A stretch of 61,963 nucleotides of DNA, taken from IMG/VR virus record IMGVR_UViG_3300036790_000395, positions 1 to 61,963 of that record. One strand, given 5' to 3'. The number at the start of each line of letters is the position of its first letter. Positions within the stretch are counted from its first letter, which is position 1. The translations under genes were made by a program, and so were the position numbers. The notes under the pieces were generated by a model. The model worked only from the letters and a program-made list of their open reading frames with translations, was not told the origin of the DNA and did not search any database. This DNA comes from a virus (taxonomy: Duplodnaviria > Caudoviricetes). This document shows positions 7,654 through 17,958 of this stretch, one piece after another.

Positions 7654-8838
7654 ATGGCTATTGAACTTTACCGGCGTCACGGCGTCTCCTGTAAGTACCC
7701 TCCCAGTCAAAGAACACGCGAACATCGAAAATGTTCGTGCCCGGTATGGGGCTTCGGCTACCTCAACGGCAAGAAGTTCGCCGATCAAACGCTGCACACC
7801 CGCATGTGGGGCGAGGCCGAGCGACTCATCGCAAGTTGGGACGAAGACCATAAGAAGGAGGAGTCCGACCGCCGCAAAACGGTGCCGGTGCCGGTAGCCA
7901 TCGAGAAGTACCTCGCGCACTGCAAGGTCGAGAACAACAACGCCGACTCGACGCTGAAGAGCTACACGAAAAGCCTCTCGCACTTCGAGAAGTTCGTCAT
8001 CGAGCAGGGCGTCAAGATGATCGCTGATGTGAACACTCAGACCATCCGCGACTTCCTCTCCACGCGCGCAGAGTACACGCCGAAGACCCGGCGCAAGGAG
8101 CTGGAGCACGTTCGCTTCTTGCTGTGGTTCTGCGTCTCGCAGGGCTGGATCGAAAACAACCCGGCATCCGGCCACGGGGAAGGGAAGAGCAAGGCGATCC
8201 GCATCAAGGTGCCGAAGGGCGGCAGCTACCAGCCCTTTACCGAGGAAGAAGTCGAGCGCTTGCTGCAAGCCGCCGAAACGATCAACAACAACAACAAGCG
8301 CTGGATCAATCGGGCGCGTCTGCGGGCGAGAGCGATGATCCTTGTGATGTGCTACTCGGGCCTGCGCATCTCGGACGTTGCAACCTTGCGGCGCGATGAA
8401 GTTCAGCCGACCGGCCTGATGAAAGATCACATGCTCGTCAAGACCAAAGTTCTGCATTGGACACGGTTCGGGGAGGATACATTGCGGGCGCTGTTGGCAC
8501 TCCCCGTCGAGAGTGAGTACTTCTTCTGGTCCGGCCCCAAGGAGTCTAAAATGACTACTTGCTGCGGAACCATGCGCCGCACGCTGTCTAGCATTGGCAA
8601 GCGGACAAGCATCGCGGTGCATCCGCATCGATTCCGCAACACCTTCTCGCTGCGGGTGATGGATGAGACCAATGATATTCGGACTCTGCAGCAATTGCTT
8701 GGTCATCAGAACCTCAGCAGCACACAAGCCTATTTGCACAACAGCACCAAGCAGGACCAACACCTGCACGACACACTGGCGAAAATCCAGCCAGGAGGAA
8801 AGGTAATCCAGATGCCGAGTAAGAGTAAATCCGCATAG
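7654..8838 (+). CDS. int: Tyrosine integrase
   Basis: YSGLRISD, HPHRFRNTF, LLGH...TQAY; SAM-like core-binding region; next to attP. Confidence 0.95.
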   Translation: MAIELYRRHGVSCKYPPSQRTREHRKCSCPVWGFGYLNGKKFADQTLHTRMWGEAERLIASWDEDHKKEESDRRKTVPVPVAIEKYLAHCKVENNNADSTLKSYTKSLSHFEKFVIEQGVKMIADVNTQTIRDFLSTRAEYTPKTRRKELEHVRFLLWFCVSQGWIENNPASGHGEGKSKAIRIKVPKGGSYQPFTEEEVERLLQAAETINNNNKRWINRARLRARAMILVMCYSGLRISDVATLRRDEVQPTGLMKDHMLVKTKVLHWTRFGEDTLRALLALPVESEYFFWSGPKESKMTTCCGTMRRTLSSIGKRTSIAVHPHRFRNTFSLRVMDETNDIRTLQQLLGHQNLSSTQAYLHNSTKQDQHLHDTLAKIQPGGKVIQMPSKSKSA

Positions 8839-9114
8839 TCAGCTCGCCTTGTTCTTCAGCCGCTCGTAAACACGATTGGCTACTGATAGCGGGATGCGCA
8901 GAGAGATGCGCACCCGCTTATTTTTTGTCTTAGGCTTCGGTTTAACAACATCCGGCTCATCCACGAACAGCCCAAAGATGTAGTTCTCGCTGAACCCCCA
9001 CCGATCCGCAAGGTCTACGCATTTGAAATGCGGCTCGAAAGCGGCCTCTAGAGCGCGTCTGGTCTCGGAGCTATCCTCACTGCCCATCGGCTTTTTAGGT
9101 GTGTCGGTCATCAA
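8839..9114 (-). CDS. Putative excisionase / HTH protein
   Basis: DLADRWGFSENYIFGLF...LRIPLSVA; convergent with the integrase. Confidence 0.65.
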   Translation of the reverse strand: MMTDTPKKPMGSEDSSETRRALEAAFEPHFKCVDLADRWGFSENYIFGLFVDEPDVVKPKPKTKNKRVRISLRIPLSVANRVYERLKNKAS

Positions 9115-9332
9115 TGCACCGTCCCTCCCGAACCCGTTACGCCGTACTCGACCGCGTTGCGCGTCAACCAGCGGCTCATCTCAGTCTTCGCCGGTTCGTG
9201 CTCCAGCACCCAACAGAGCGCGTTGCGCGCGCCGAGTAACAGGTCTTGCTGCTCCTTCGTCAGATCCCGGTCGCGGGCGAGGCGCGTCGAGAAGATGTCG
9301 TGCGCGCGCTGAATGTCTGCGATGTTCTTCAT
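9111..9332 (-). CDS. Hypothetical protein
   Basis: MKNIADIQRAHD...LCWVL; ATGA-type overlaps. Confidence 0.55.
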   Translation of the reverse strand: MKNIADIQRAHDIFSTRLARDRDLTKEQQDLLLGARNALCWVLEHEPAKTEMSRWLTRNAVEYGVTGSGGTVH

Positions 9333-9595
9333 ACGCCTTTCTCCATCTGCCGTTTGAGCAGGCAATACATCAGAGACATGCCGACCAGCGAGATCGAGAA
9401 GTACTGTTCGGTGCGCACCTTTAAGCTCGGAGCCAGATGCTCGGCGAGGAAGGCGGCGAAATCTTGTATCGCGGGCTGCTCGCGCTGAAAGTACGCCTGA
9501 TTCAGCAGGTTGATATTCGGTATGTCGCACATCAGTTCATTCACGGTCTCGTGCGTGATACGGGGGAATACGATCTTCGCTGCCGGTTCGCTCAT
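9329..9595 (-). CDS. Hypothetical protein
   Basis: MSEPAAKIVFP; GGAGG Shine-Dalgarno; overlap coupling. Confidence 0.55.
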   Translation of the reverse strand: MSEPAAKIVFPRITHETVNELMCDIPNINLLNQAYFQREQPAIQDFAAFLAEHLAPSLKVRTEQYFSISLVGMSLMYCLLKRQMEKGV

Positions 9596-10341
9596 GCTGC
9601 CTCCCACTCTGGATAAATGTTGATCGCCAAATTGTCGAACGTGATCAGGTCGTCTACGAGCAGCTTCTCGCCGATCAGCTCGGGCGCGTCCTGGCACATC
9701 TTCACCGTCAGCCCGAATTCCTTGTTGGCGTAGGTCTGCTCGATGATCACGTTCACGTAGTAGTCGAGCTTCGACCAGCCCGCCCACTCGAACCTGCCGG
9801 TCGGCTTATCATTGCGCCAGATCTCCTTCGCCTGATGCGTAATCAGCAGGTTCTTCTCTTGCAGCGCGTTCAGGATGTCGCGCATCTCCTGATTGGCCGG
9901 GCCGCGATCACGCGGCATGATGCGCTGCGCGCGCCCGAAGTGCGCGAACTCGATGTCCTCCCACAATTGCGTGCCGGAGTCGATCATCACCGAGGCGATA
10001 TCCTTGCGCTCGGCGAACGAGAAGATGGCGTCTTTGATCGCCGTCAGGTGCTTGGTGTAGAACTCCATCGCCTGCTCGGGCTTCATCAGAGCGACCTCCA
10101 TCGGCTTGGCGTGGCGTATGAAGTCTTCTTTCGGAAAGTAGATCTTCTTACCGAGCTTCTCGTTGGCCCGCGCGATGGTGCGGCGCGTTTTGCGGTCGAG
10201 TGGGATAACGCCGATGGGCGGCGGCATGGAGGTTCCCAAGAGTGTCTTACCGCTGCCCGCTTCGCCGAAGGAGCCGATAGCCAATTTGTCGGATGGGACT
10301 TCCGACACTTCCACGAATTGCGCGCGGGCGTGCTCTTTCAT
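9592..10341 (-). CDS. Sak4/AAA_24-like P-loop ATPase
   Basis: GEAGSGKT, VMIDSGT, LLITHQ. Confidence 0.8.
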   Translation of the reverse strand: MKEHARAQFVEVSEVPSDKLAIGSFGEAGSGKTLLGTSMPPPIGVIPLDRKTRRTIARANEKLGKKIYFPKEDFIRHAKPMEVALMKPEQAMEFYTKHLTAIKDAIFSFAERKDIASVMIDSGTQLWEDIEFAHFGRAQRIMPRDRGPANQEMRDILNALQEKNLLITHQAKEIWRNDKPTGRFEWAGWSKLDYYVNVIIEQTYANKEFGLTVKMCQDAPELIGEKLLVDDLITFDNLAINIYPEWEAA

Positions 10342-10853
10342 CCGGCGAGCACCTCCGCGATGACGGCTTCGAGTTCCGCCCGCTCGATATGGCCGAAGGC
10401 GGGCGGGTGTGTAGACCCGCTGCTAACTACCTTGATCTGACTCGGCGAGAGGAAGCGGTCGAACCCGTAGCCCCGGCCCCAAGCCTCTGTACGAAGGTTC
10501 AACCGTTCCAACACTTTCAAGAAGAACTCGGTCGGCTGTAAAACGTTTGAAACATTTCGTGTAGACTCTACACGTGGTTCTTCCGTGCTAATCTCTTGCG
10601 GCGGCGGCTCGGCGTCCAATGCAGCAGGCCGGTCCAACCACACGACCGGCAGGTGCTCGCCACGGTCATCGTATTGCTTCATATTTCTCTGCAGATGATC
10701 GCGGCTGCGCGCTACCCAGATGGTGATCACCAGCCGTTGCAGCCTGATCCGAATCGGCCTGCCGACGTTCAGCAGCTCGAAAGCGGAATCCGCCGTCATG
10801 CCGATGCCCAAGTAATGGGTGCCGCCTATCTCCTCGGCGGCGCTCGCGATCAT
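10338..10853 (-). CDS. Hypothetical protein
   Basis: Overlap-coupled in the operon. Confidence 0.55.
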   Translation of the reverse strand: MIASAAEEIGGTHYLGIGMTADSAFELLNVGRPIRIRLQRLVITIWVARSRDHLQRNMKQYDDRGEHLPVVWLDRPAALDAEPPPQEISTEEPRVESTRNVSNVLQPTEFFLKVLERLNLRTEAWGRGYGFDRFLSPSQIKVVSSGSTHPPAFGHIERAELEAVIAEVLAG

Positions 10854-11323
10854 TGTTCTGCATATCCTTTCTTTCTTAGAGACGGTGTGAACACAGCTTC
10901 CAGCGGAGATGCGCCTTTCTTGAGCCGCTTTATGATTGCCGAGTAGTGAATCTCAGCACGCTTTGCCCAATCCGTTACGCAGAGCGTCTCGCCGCCGATA
11001 GTGATTAACTGATTCCGTCTTGTGTTTCTGCTTTGGACCGTTGGGATAGACCAACGGACGTTTCCTGGTTCGTAGTTACCGTCGTTCTTTTCGCGATCTA
11101 GTGAATGCTGAGAGCTTGGCCGAGGCCCTACATCCAGAAGAAAACACATAAAATCATCCCACTGCGGACAGATCGTTATGCCACGCCCGCCGTAGTCTTT
11201 GAAACGCTTATTCTTTGGATTCAAACAGCGCTGTCGCATATTCACCCACGCGCTATACTCCGGCGTGTCCGCTCCGATTCCGTGTTGTAACTTGCCAGTC
11301 TTATTCGGCATAGCCTTTGGCAA
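10850..11323 (-). CDS. HNH-type homing endonuclease
   Basis: YSAWVNMRQRC...YGGRGITIC...SLDREKNDGNYEPGNVRW. Confidence 0.85.
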   Translation of the reverse strand: MPKAMPNKTGKLQHGIGADTPEYSAWVNMRQRCLNPKNKRFKDYGGRGITICPQWDDFMCFLLDVGPRPSSQHSLDREKNDGNYEPGNVRWSIPTVQSRNTRRNQLITIGGETLCVTDWAKRAEIHYSAIIKRLKKGASPLEAVFTPSLRKKGYAEQ

Positions 11324-11930
11324 TCGCTCTTTGCTTATTCGCTAGCAGCATCTTGCCGGTCTTTTCGATCTCTTCGTCGGAGAATTGAAGTAGATACCGC
11401 ATGTAGATCGGCCCTGAACCCCTGTAATCACCATTGATAAATGCGACGTGCCAGCGGCAGAAGCGGAAGCCATAGCCCCATAAGTAGCCTCGGCCCTGGT
11501 GCATCCAATACCATTCGTCCACGAAGTCGCGGCCCTCACGGACCTTCTTCCAGGTCAACTTGAATTCTTCGAGGCAGGGCGCGTCTTGATACGACGAGAT
11601 GCCGTCGCAGGTCATCGCGATGCCTTCTTCGATCAGCTCGCCCGGCTGCCAGTCGATCTCCGGGTAGAGAGAGACGGCGAACTCTTCCCACGCTAAGCCG
11701 AGCGCCATACGCAACGGCATCTCTTCTTCGTCGAGATCCGCCAACGCCCGCATCAGGCCGCCTTCAAGGGCGACGTAGCGGAGGATGCCACTCAAATGTA
11801 TACCGGACGAACGTGTAGGCTCGACGAGGTGGCCCTTTTTCGTCATGGGGCGCGCGATTGGCGAGCGGCTGCGTAGATCGGTCCGCTCCAAGCTGATTTT
11901 CGTTTCGTCGAGTATGATCGGCATATTCAA
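11301..11930 (-). CDS. PD-(D/E)xK (Cas4-like) exonuclease
   Basis: IHLSGI, GLAWEE, TCDG, EEFKLT, QGRGY. Confidence 0.75.
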   Translation of the reverse strand: MNMPIILDETKISLERTDLRSRSPIARPMTKKGHLVEPTRSSGIHLSGILRYVALEGGLMRALADLDEEEMPLRMALGLAWEEFAVSLYPEIDWQPGELIEEGIAMTCDGISSYQDAPCLEEFKLTWKKVREGRDFVDEWYWMHQGRGYLWGYGFRFCRWHVAFINGDYRGSGPIYMRYLLQFSDEEIEKTGKMLLANKQRAIAKGYAE

Positions 11931-12187
11931 TCTCCGGTAGCCCGCGAGCGGCGAGACGCGCGTTGAGTGAACGCACGATACCCACTAGCGCGCGGCGCGA
12001 TTCTGCGTCCACGCAATGACTCCTTTCGGTACTGTTGAAATGAAGCCCAAAGAGAGGGGCGCGCGATTAGGGGGTTCAGTTCTAACAAGCACACCCCAAA
12101 CTCGATGGCCGGGCCGGAAAGATGTTGGAGGAGCAACCGGCCCGGTTCTGACGAAAGGCGCTGCTGACGCCCTACGCAGAGAGGAAG

Positions 12188-13129
12188 TTAAGCGGCGGCG
12201 TCCTCGTCGCTCTTCGAGAAGGTGAAGGTGTCGCCGTCGTAGTCGAAGCCGAGTTCCGCGCCTTGCTCGATCAGGAACTCATCCGAGCGGAACAGGTCTT
12301 GCACAGCCTTATCGTATTTTTTGTCGCGTGATTTGTCACGGACCAAGCGGGAGTAGGCCATCGAGGCGAACTTCTTCGAGTCGCGTGTTTCACCGGCCAA
12401 TTCTTTGGTGAGTGCAGATAATATGCCTTGCGCGATGGCGGTTGGATCGTTGCCATTGGAGGCGGCGGCTGCTGCTGCCGTTGTTGCTGCGGCTGGTGCA
12501 GCGGTAGTGGCTGGTTTCGCAGTAGATGTAGAGGTGGTTGCCTTCCCGGCTGGCTTCTTCGCCGCTTTCTCGTAGGGGAACACCATGATCTTGTCCACTA
12601 CTAGATAGTTCGGCTCGACCTCGCGCCCGCCGATGTTGGTCTTCGCGCCCTTCTGCGTGATGCCGTGAAAGATCGTGCCTTCCAGATCCGGCAGGTAGGC
12701 GTCCTTCAAGATGTCGGGCTTAAAGCCATGCTCTTCGAGCGAATGAAGGAAAGTCGCGAAAGCGCTATGGTTATTGATCTGGACGCCATCCCCGCCGAAC
12801 ACCGTGTTGCCCTCGGTGCCGAGTTCGGGGCCGAGATCGGACGGGTCCGCGTCTTCCCGCGAGGCTGCTTGACCAGGGCGCATGCGGGTCAAGTCTTTCT
12901 CGATGCGCAGGATCTTCTCCATCGGCTCATCGTCGGTCGGCTTGAGCTGCTCGTCTACTCGCTGCAGCTTCAGCAGGGCCGCCAAGAACTCGGGAAACTG
13001 CTCGCCGCTCTCGCGGTTGGGCGGATACTGAAACACTATCGTGCGCGCCTTTTCGATACGTGCGGTTCCCTCCGTGAACCCTAATTTGGGTTCGTAAAAG
13101 TCCGCTGAGGCAAAGCTCATCTTCGGCAT
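12188..13129 (-). CDS. Hypothetical replication-module protein (possibly SSB-like)
   Basis: Strong AAGGAGG Shine-Dalgarno, Ala/Thr linker, acidic C-terminus; position next to recombination genes. Confidence 0.55.
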   Translation of the reverse strand: MPKMSFASADFYEPKLGFTEGTARIEKARTIVFQYPPNRESGEQFPEFLAALLKLQRVDEQLKPTDDEPMEKILRIEKDLTRMRPGQAASREDADPSDLGPELGTEGNTVFGGDGVQINNHSAFATFLHSLEEHGFKPDILKDAYLPDLEGTIFHGITQKGAKTNIGGREVEPNYLVVDKIMVFPYEKAAKKPAGKATTSTSTAKPATTAAPAAATTAAAAAASNGNDPTAIAQGILSALTKELAGETRDSKKFASMAYSRLVRDKSRDKKYDKAVQDLFRSDEFLIEQGAELGFDYDGDTFTFSKSDEDAAA

Positions 13130-13222
13130 TGAAAAAAATGCCTCCTTTTCCTATTCAATTTTTCGGGATGTCCTCGTTAGCGCGGTTTCGTACTGTTTAA
13201 GAGTACTGGAACTGCAATAAGG

Positions 13223-14851
13223 CTACGATAGACCCTTTGGTACTTGTCGCGCAAGAGGGGATGTTAACTTTTCTGCCGGATCGGGCAAAGTATTTTGCTT
13301 GTAGATCTTAAACCCGTCTGGAAAGAACTGCTTGCCAAATACTTGAGCCATAGTAAAGTTGCTGTCGAGAATAAACGTCTCGCAGCGGTCGTCGGCGGCG
13401 CGGCGGCCCCGGCCTACCATTTGCACTAGCTCTAAGATGGCGGTGTAGTAGCGATAGCTCTTGTCTTTCAGCCGCTCGCGCATGACGCGCGACTCACTGT
13501 AAGCGAAGGGCATTTTCGGGATGATCTGGTACTCGCACTGGTCGTATACGAAATCCCATCCGGTGGCATAGGATGGCGAGATCAATACTGCCGGTGGAGC
13601 GGCGGCGCGGAAGCGGCGAGCGGTATCGACAGCATCCGACGCTTTCTCGTGGTGATACATGTAGCGCGCGTATTTACTGCGTGCCAATAACAGGCGCATC
13701 CGCTGATAGCTGACCGTATGGATGATGCCTTTGCGATCCTTACGGGAAGCAATGATTTCATCGATACGGTCAACGATGCGCTGGTAATCTTGATCGGTCG
13801 AGCGGAATCCCATTCGAGCAGTGGGCAGGAAGTAGACCAAGCCCCGGTTCGGCGGCCAGCCATTACTGAATTCGCGGAAGTCGTACTGGTCTTTGGGCAG
13901 TCCGAGCAGGGAGAGAGTGTACGGTCGCAGCGTGGCGCTTAGCAGTAGAATGCGCTCCACGTTGCTGAACAGGAGAGAGCTGTAGCGTCCCGGCCAGATA
14001 GCGTCGAATACGACGTGCTCCCCGGCAGCCTCCCAAGTCCAGTTGTTATCCATCGAGAGGATAGCAGACAGCTTTTTCTTCAAGTTCTCCAGTTGCGTGT
14101 AACGCGGCTCCTCCTGGCGCGCCTCGGCGACGCTAGAGTATAGGTGCTTCAAGCGGTTCAGCTCATCATTGATTCCTTTCGCGCGGGCGGTCGCCCACTT
14201 CTTCCAGCCGTCGCCCGATGGTTCGCTCATCAGGCCGGACGCGGCAGGCTCGGGCGGGGTGTCGAGATCCGAGATCGGCACCGATACCTGGAGAAAGCGG
14301 CTCAGCTCTTCCATCGCGCTATGCGCTTCGTCGCAGATCAACAGCTCGACGGGCGGCCCGTCCGGGTAGCAGAGAGCGGTCGGGGAGCTGCGCCGGGAGT
14401 GCAGCCAGTAGGAGTAATTGGTCGAGACCAGATTAGAGTGCTTCGCCCGCTCCAACGCCTCGAAATACGGGCAACCGGAGTTGTTGCGCCGCGAGCAGCC
14501 TTGCTCGGTGCCGTACTCGCAGGAAACATTCCGGCGTAACTTTGTCGTGTAGACTCTACACGGATAATTGGCTACCCCCCGGATATCGACCATCCCCGAG
14601 GGCGCGAAGTCGGTTACTATTTGGTCCTGTAACCCTTTAGTTGCAGTAAGATAGACGGCTCGCAGGGCGGCGCTTTTGGCAGTCGAGACGCCGATCAGCG
14701 ACTTGCCGATGCCGGTTGGGGCGGCTAAAGCGATGATCGCGGCGGGCGAAGACTGGATGTGATCGATGGCTTCCGCCTGCGTAGGCCGGTACTCGGCGAA
14801 TTTGGGCGGCAGGCCCAAGTCGGCAGGCGATATGTCGAGCAGCAGACTCAT
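13223..14851 (-). CDS. DinG/Rad3-family SF2 helicase
   Basis: YRPTQ, APTGIGKS, Cys cluster, ICDEAH, LSATL, TGWDF, QMVGRGRR. Confidence 0.9.
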   Translation of the reverse strand: MSLLLDISPADLGLPPKFAEYRPTQAEAIDHIQSSPAAIIALAAPTGIGKSLIGVSTAKSAALRAVYLTATKGLQDQIVTDFAPSGMVDIRGVANYPCRVYTTKLRRNVSCEYGTEQGCSRRNNSGCPYFEALERAKHSNLVSTNYSYWLHSRRSSPTALCYPDGPPVELLICDEAHSAMEELSRFLQVSVPISDLDTPPEPAASGLMSEPSGDGWKKWATARAKGINDELNRLKHLYSSVAEARQEEPRYTQLENLKKKLSAILSMDNNWTWEAAGEHVVFDAIWPGRYSSLLFSNVERILLLSATLRPYTLSLLGLPKDQYDFREFSNGWPPNRGLVYFLPTARMGFRSTDQDYQRIVDRIDEIIASRKDRKGIIHTVSYQRMRLLLARSKYARYMYHHEKASDAVDTARRFRAAAPPAVLISPSYATGWDFVYDQCEYQIIPKMPFAYSESRVMRERLKDKSYRYYTAILELVQMVGRGRRAADDRCETFILDSNFTMAQVFGKQFFPDGFKIYKQNTLPDPAEKLTSPLARQVPKGLS

Positions 14852-14972
14852 CGACTCATCTCTCGTTCAGCAATTCAACCGTAACGAAGCGGCGGGCGGC
14901 TGTAAAGGGGTTCGCGAAACATTTTTGCGGAAACAGAACGAAAAGTTTTCGGGAAGTTTTCGAGTGGATCTG

Positions 14973-16160
14973 TCAGTTCTGGAAATAGCCATTCATGCCC
15001 TCGCGCAAACGCTCTTTGGCCCAATCGGATATCGACCAGCGCGCTACGTCGGTGCGCGCCACGAGGGAATGGATATGCAGCTCTTCGAGCGAGCGGCGCA
15101 CGGTGCTTTGCGAGACGTGCGTCAGATCGGCGATCTCGGAAGTGGAAGAGGAGCCGTTCAGAATGGCGTTCAGCACATTGCGGCGCGCGCCCGGCAGAGA
15201 GTCGAACGAGCACTTGCGCAGGATGCGCCAGGAGTCTTCTTCATCGACGCCGATGTAGCGCAGGGCGGCCAGCATTTTGCCGAGCGCCAATGCGATGCGG
15301 GTTGGGTATTCGCCGGTCGAGGCTTGGATTACTTCGTGGGTGTAGCGGTCGCGTGCTACTGCGGAGCGGCCATGCGCGGCGAACTGCGCGAAGGCGACTA
15401 CACGTTGCTTGTCGTGCGAGTCGAGCGGCGGCAGTTCGATGGGGGAAGTCCAGTCGAGTGAGAGTTCTTCTGAAAACAGAACAAGTAGCTTTTGAAGACA
15501 CTCGCTCAGATCTTCGCGGTCGTTTTTGCCGAGCGCGTTGTACGCCTCCGACCAGCCGTCCGAACCGTCGTAACGGTAGAACAGAAAGCGCTCGCCCATG
15601 TCGGCGATCAGCTCGTGATGGTGATCGATAGTCTCGGTCGAGCCGGTGAAGACGGCACATTTGCCTTCCCAATGCTCGCGGCTGCCGCCGTCCGAACCGA
15701 CCGGGCGGGTCCAGCGTCCGTCGTAGACTTCGCGGAATGCGGCGAGCAGGGAGCGTAGGGTTTCGTTCGGCAAAGACAGAATGCTGGTGAACTCCTTGAT
15801 TACGAGCGCGCCCCGGTCGCCGATCTCGCGTAAGAGACCTCCGGTAGAGGCGGCAGTGCGCTCGCGCTTCTTCGAGCCGGATAGTAACGCGCCGACGCCG
15901 GTAATGGCACCGCCTTCGACAATGCCGGGCAGCGAGAGCAGAGAGTTCAGGAGTTCGCTCTTGCCGCAGCCGGGCGGCCCGATCAGCATCAACCAGACCG
16001 GGCGGCCTGCCGCGTAATTCGCGACCACGGAGGCGGCTAATACGTACAAAGGGTATGGGCGTGGGAAATGCAAGTAATCTTGCATGCGGCTCGCAAGCCG
16101 GTAAATCGGTGTATAGCCGTGCGCGAGCGGAGAGGTAGTGAACGATACTTTGCGTCTCAT
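14973..16160 (-). CDS. AAA+ (MCM-like) ATPase/helicase with C-terminal HTH
   Basis: GPPGCGKS, LVIKEF, FREVYDG, GERFLFY; HTH TSEIADLTHVSQSTVRRSL. Confidence 0.8.
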   Translation of the reverse strand: MRRKVSFTTSPLAHGYTPIYRLASRMQDYLHFPRPYPLYVLAASVVANYAAGRPVWLMLIGPPGCGKSELLNSLLSLPGIVEGGAITGVGALLSGSKKRERTAASTGGLLREIGDRGALVIKEFTSILSLPNETLRSLLAAFREVYDGRWTRPVGSDGGSREHWEGKCAVFTGSTETIDHHHELIADMGERFLFYRYDGSDGWSEAYNALGKNDREDLSECLQKLLVLFSEELSLDWTSPIELPPLDSHDKQRVVAFAQFAAHGRSAVARDRYTHEVIQASTGEYPTRIALALGKMLAALRYIGVDEEDSWRILRKCSFDSLPGARRNVLNAILNGSSSTSEIADLTHVSQSTVRRSLEELHIHSLVARTDVARWSISDWAKERLREGMNGYFQN

Positions 16161-16314
16161 CAGTTAGTCAGCGATAGCTAACGCGCGGCGAGCGGGTAGG
16201 CCGGGGCGGGATGTGGGTCTGAAGCTAGGAGTTCCGCGAACGAGGTCCGCCCCGGTGGTTGGGAGGTTTGACAACCTCCCGCTCGCAAACGTTAGTTGAG
16301 ACCACCATAAAGCA

Positions 16315-16340
16315 GAAAGGGGGCGTTTGTCGCCCCCTTC
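16315..16340 (-). terminator. Probable intrinsic terminator hairpin
   Basis: GAAGGGGGCG-ACAAA-CGCCCCCTTTC followed by TGCTTTA, downstream of the Uma2 gene. Confidence 0.55.
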
Positions 16341-16372
16341 GCTGAAGATTTCTGCCGGTTTTTGCGTTTAAT

Positions 16373-16912
16373 TTACAGAGCTGTTTCCGGTAGGTTCGAG
16401 AACAGCTTCGGCACGTCGATCACCACCGCGCCGAATGTCAGACGGGAAGACTCGGTGAGCGGATCGGAATCCGGGTAGCAGCGAAAGACTCCCTGCGGGC
16501 CGCGCTTCGGCAAGATCACCCAACACTCGGGCACGCCTGCGCGGTGGTATTCATCGCACTTATCGAAGAGATCCCGCCCGGTTTGGCCGGGTGAAAGGAT
16601 CTCGACGCAAAGCAGTGGCGGATCGATGAGGATACCGCCTTCGAAACGAGCGGCGGCGAACACTACCAGATCGGGTATGCGCAAGTTGCCGTTGATCAAG
16701 CAATCCAATTGCTGCACGGCGTTGAATTCGCCGTAGTGTTCTTGCAGCAATTTCAGGATGCGGGCTTGAATGATCTGGTGCAGATATTTGGGCAATGGTT
16801 TCTCGCACGCCGCGCCGTCTATCACTTCGACGTTATAGACGGCGCTCTTCCGCGCGGCTAGCTGAATTGCTTCGAGCGCGGCGACTTCGGCGATCACGGA
16901 TGCCTGACTCAT
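16373..16912 (-). CDS. Uma2 (DUF820) family endonuclease
   Basis: EVIDG, RIPDLVV, PPLLCVEILSP, KCDEYHRAGVPECWVI. Confidence 0.88.
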   Translation of the reverse strand: MSQASVIAEVAALEAIQLAARKSAVYNVEVIDGAACEKPLPKYLHQIIQARILKLLQEHYGEFNAVQQLDCLINGNLRIPDLVVFAAARFEGGILIDPPLLCVEILSPGQTGRDLFDKCDEYHRAGVPECWVILPKRGPQGVFRCYPDSDPLTESSRLTFGAVVIDVPKLFSNLPETAL

Positions 16913-17952
16913 GCGGTCTTCCTGCGGCGCGAAATGCGTTCGTCAATCGCGCTCAGCCGGTTGCGCAACTGGCGGTCCGTGCCCTGCCCGGCTGCGTACT
17001 TCTGCACGTAGAAGGAAGCGAATTCCGTTACCTCGTCCGAGTACGAATCGGTCGATTCGAGCACCTCGCTCCAAAAGTCGAGCAGCTCGCCCCTGGTCCT
17101 CGGTTTGGTGGTCGTGTCGAGTTCCCTGGCTGCCTTGAGGACATGTTTGCGTTTGACCTTGCCTTTTTCCGCCTCGTCAGCGGCCTCCTCGGCGTCGCGT
17201 GGAGTGCCCCGCTTTGGAGCGGATTGGGGGGTAGATTCGTCCGCAGCGGCCTTGCTGGCCTTACCACTGGCAGCCTTGGTCAGGTGTGGCTTAGAGCGCT
17301 CTTCCTCCTCGGCCAGCTCCTCGGCACGCGCTGCGACCTCTTCTTGCCGTTTAGTTTCTTCAGCTTCCATCAGATCCAGGGCCGACTGCCGGGAGAAGAC
17401 GCCGGAATGGACCTTGGATTGCAGGGACTTTGGCAGCGTGAGCAGCTTGGCGTGCTGCGAAATGGTCGCCCGCGAGACGTGCAAAAACTCACCGACGCCT
17501 TTCGTCCAATCCGGGCCGTCGAAGCCTTTGCGCTTCTTGACTTCCATGATCAGATTCGCGAACTCAATCGGCGAGTTGTTGCGCCGGTGCATGTTCTCGT
17601 AGATCGCGCTCGTCCATGCGTCATCATCCGACTTCTGCGTGAGGATCGCGGTCAGCGGGAAAGGAGCGCCTGTTTGCTTCTCGATCAGTTGCGCTGCCGC
17701 AAAACGGCGGCGGCCAAAGGTCACGAAGTAGTAGCCGTTCTCCGGGGCCTTGCGCACCTGCAGCGGTTGCAGTTGGCCCTGCTCGAACATGGAGCGCGCC
17801 AGATCGTCGATCTGCGCATCTTCGTCTTTCGGCGGCAGGCCCATGCGCACATCGGTCTGCGGATCGGGTTTGAGCTGGTCGAGCGTCAAGCGGATCAGCT
17901 CGCCTTGCAGCGCGGTACTCGCGGGGGCTTTTTCAATCGTGGGTTTTGGCAT
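16909..17952 (-). CDS. ParB/KorB/Noc-like protein (ParB N-domain plus HTH)
   Basis: LARSMFEQGQLQPLQV, TFGRRRFAA Arg patch, ENMHRRNNSPIEFA, HTH VGEFLHVSRATISQH. Confidence 0.85.
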   Translation of the reverse strand: MPKPTIEKAPASTALQGELIRLTLDQLKPDPQTDVRMGLPPKDEDAQIDDLARSMFEQGQLQPLQVRKAPENGYYFVTFGRRRFAAAQLIEKQTGAPFPLTAILTQKSDDDAWTSAIYENMHRRNNSPIEFANLIMEVKKRKGFDGPDWTKGVGEFLHVSRATISQHAKLLTLPKSLQSKVHSGVFSRQSALDLMEAEETKRQEEVAARAEELAEEEERSKPHLTKAASGKASKAAADESTPQSAPKRGTPRDAEEAADEAEKGKVKRKHVLKAARELDTTTKPRTRGELLDFWSEVLESTDSYSDEVTEFASFYVQKYAAGQGTDRQLRNRLSAIDERISRRRKTA

Positions 17953-17958
17953 TCGAAA

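Noticed and set aside
7393-8769. Long antisense ORFs (also 16795-18045, 28477-30081)
   Set aside because: Shadow frames of well-supported genes in GC-rich DNA.
11301-11930. Cas4-like nuclease as an adaptation gene for the RAMP locus
   Set aside because: It is about 5 kb away and sits in an ordinary Sak4/nuclease recombination module.
12040-12180. Intergenic hairpins (also 16200-16280) as riboswitches or ncRNAs
   Set aside because: GC-rich stems without a recognisable consensus or second copy; cannot be supported beyond possible terminators.
16130-16165. CTGATGAG as a further hammerhead core
   Set aside because: No downstream GAAA and stem III; it is just the helicase start region.
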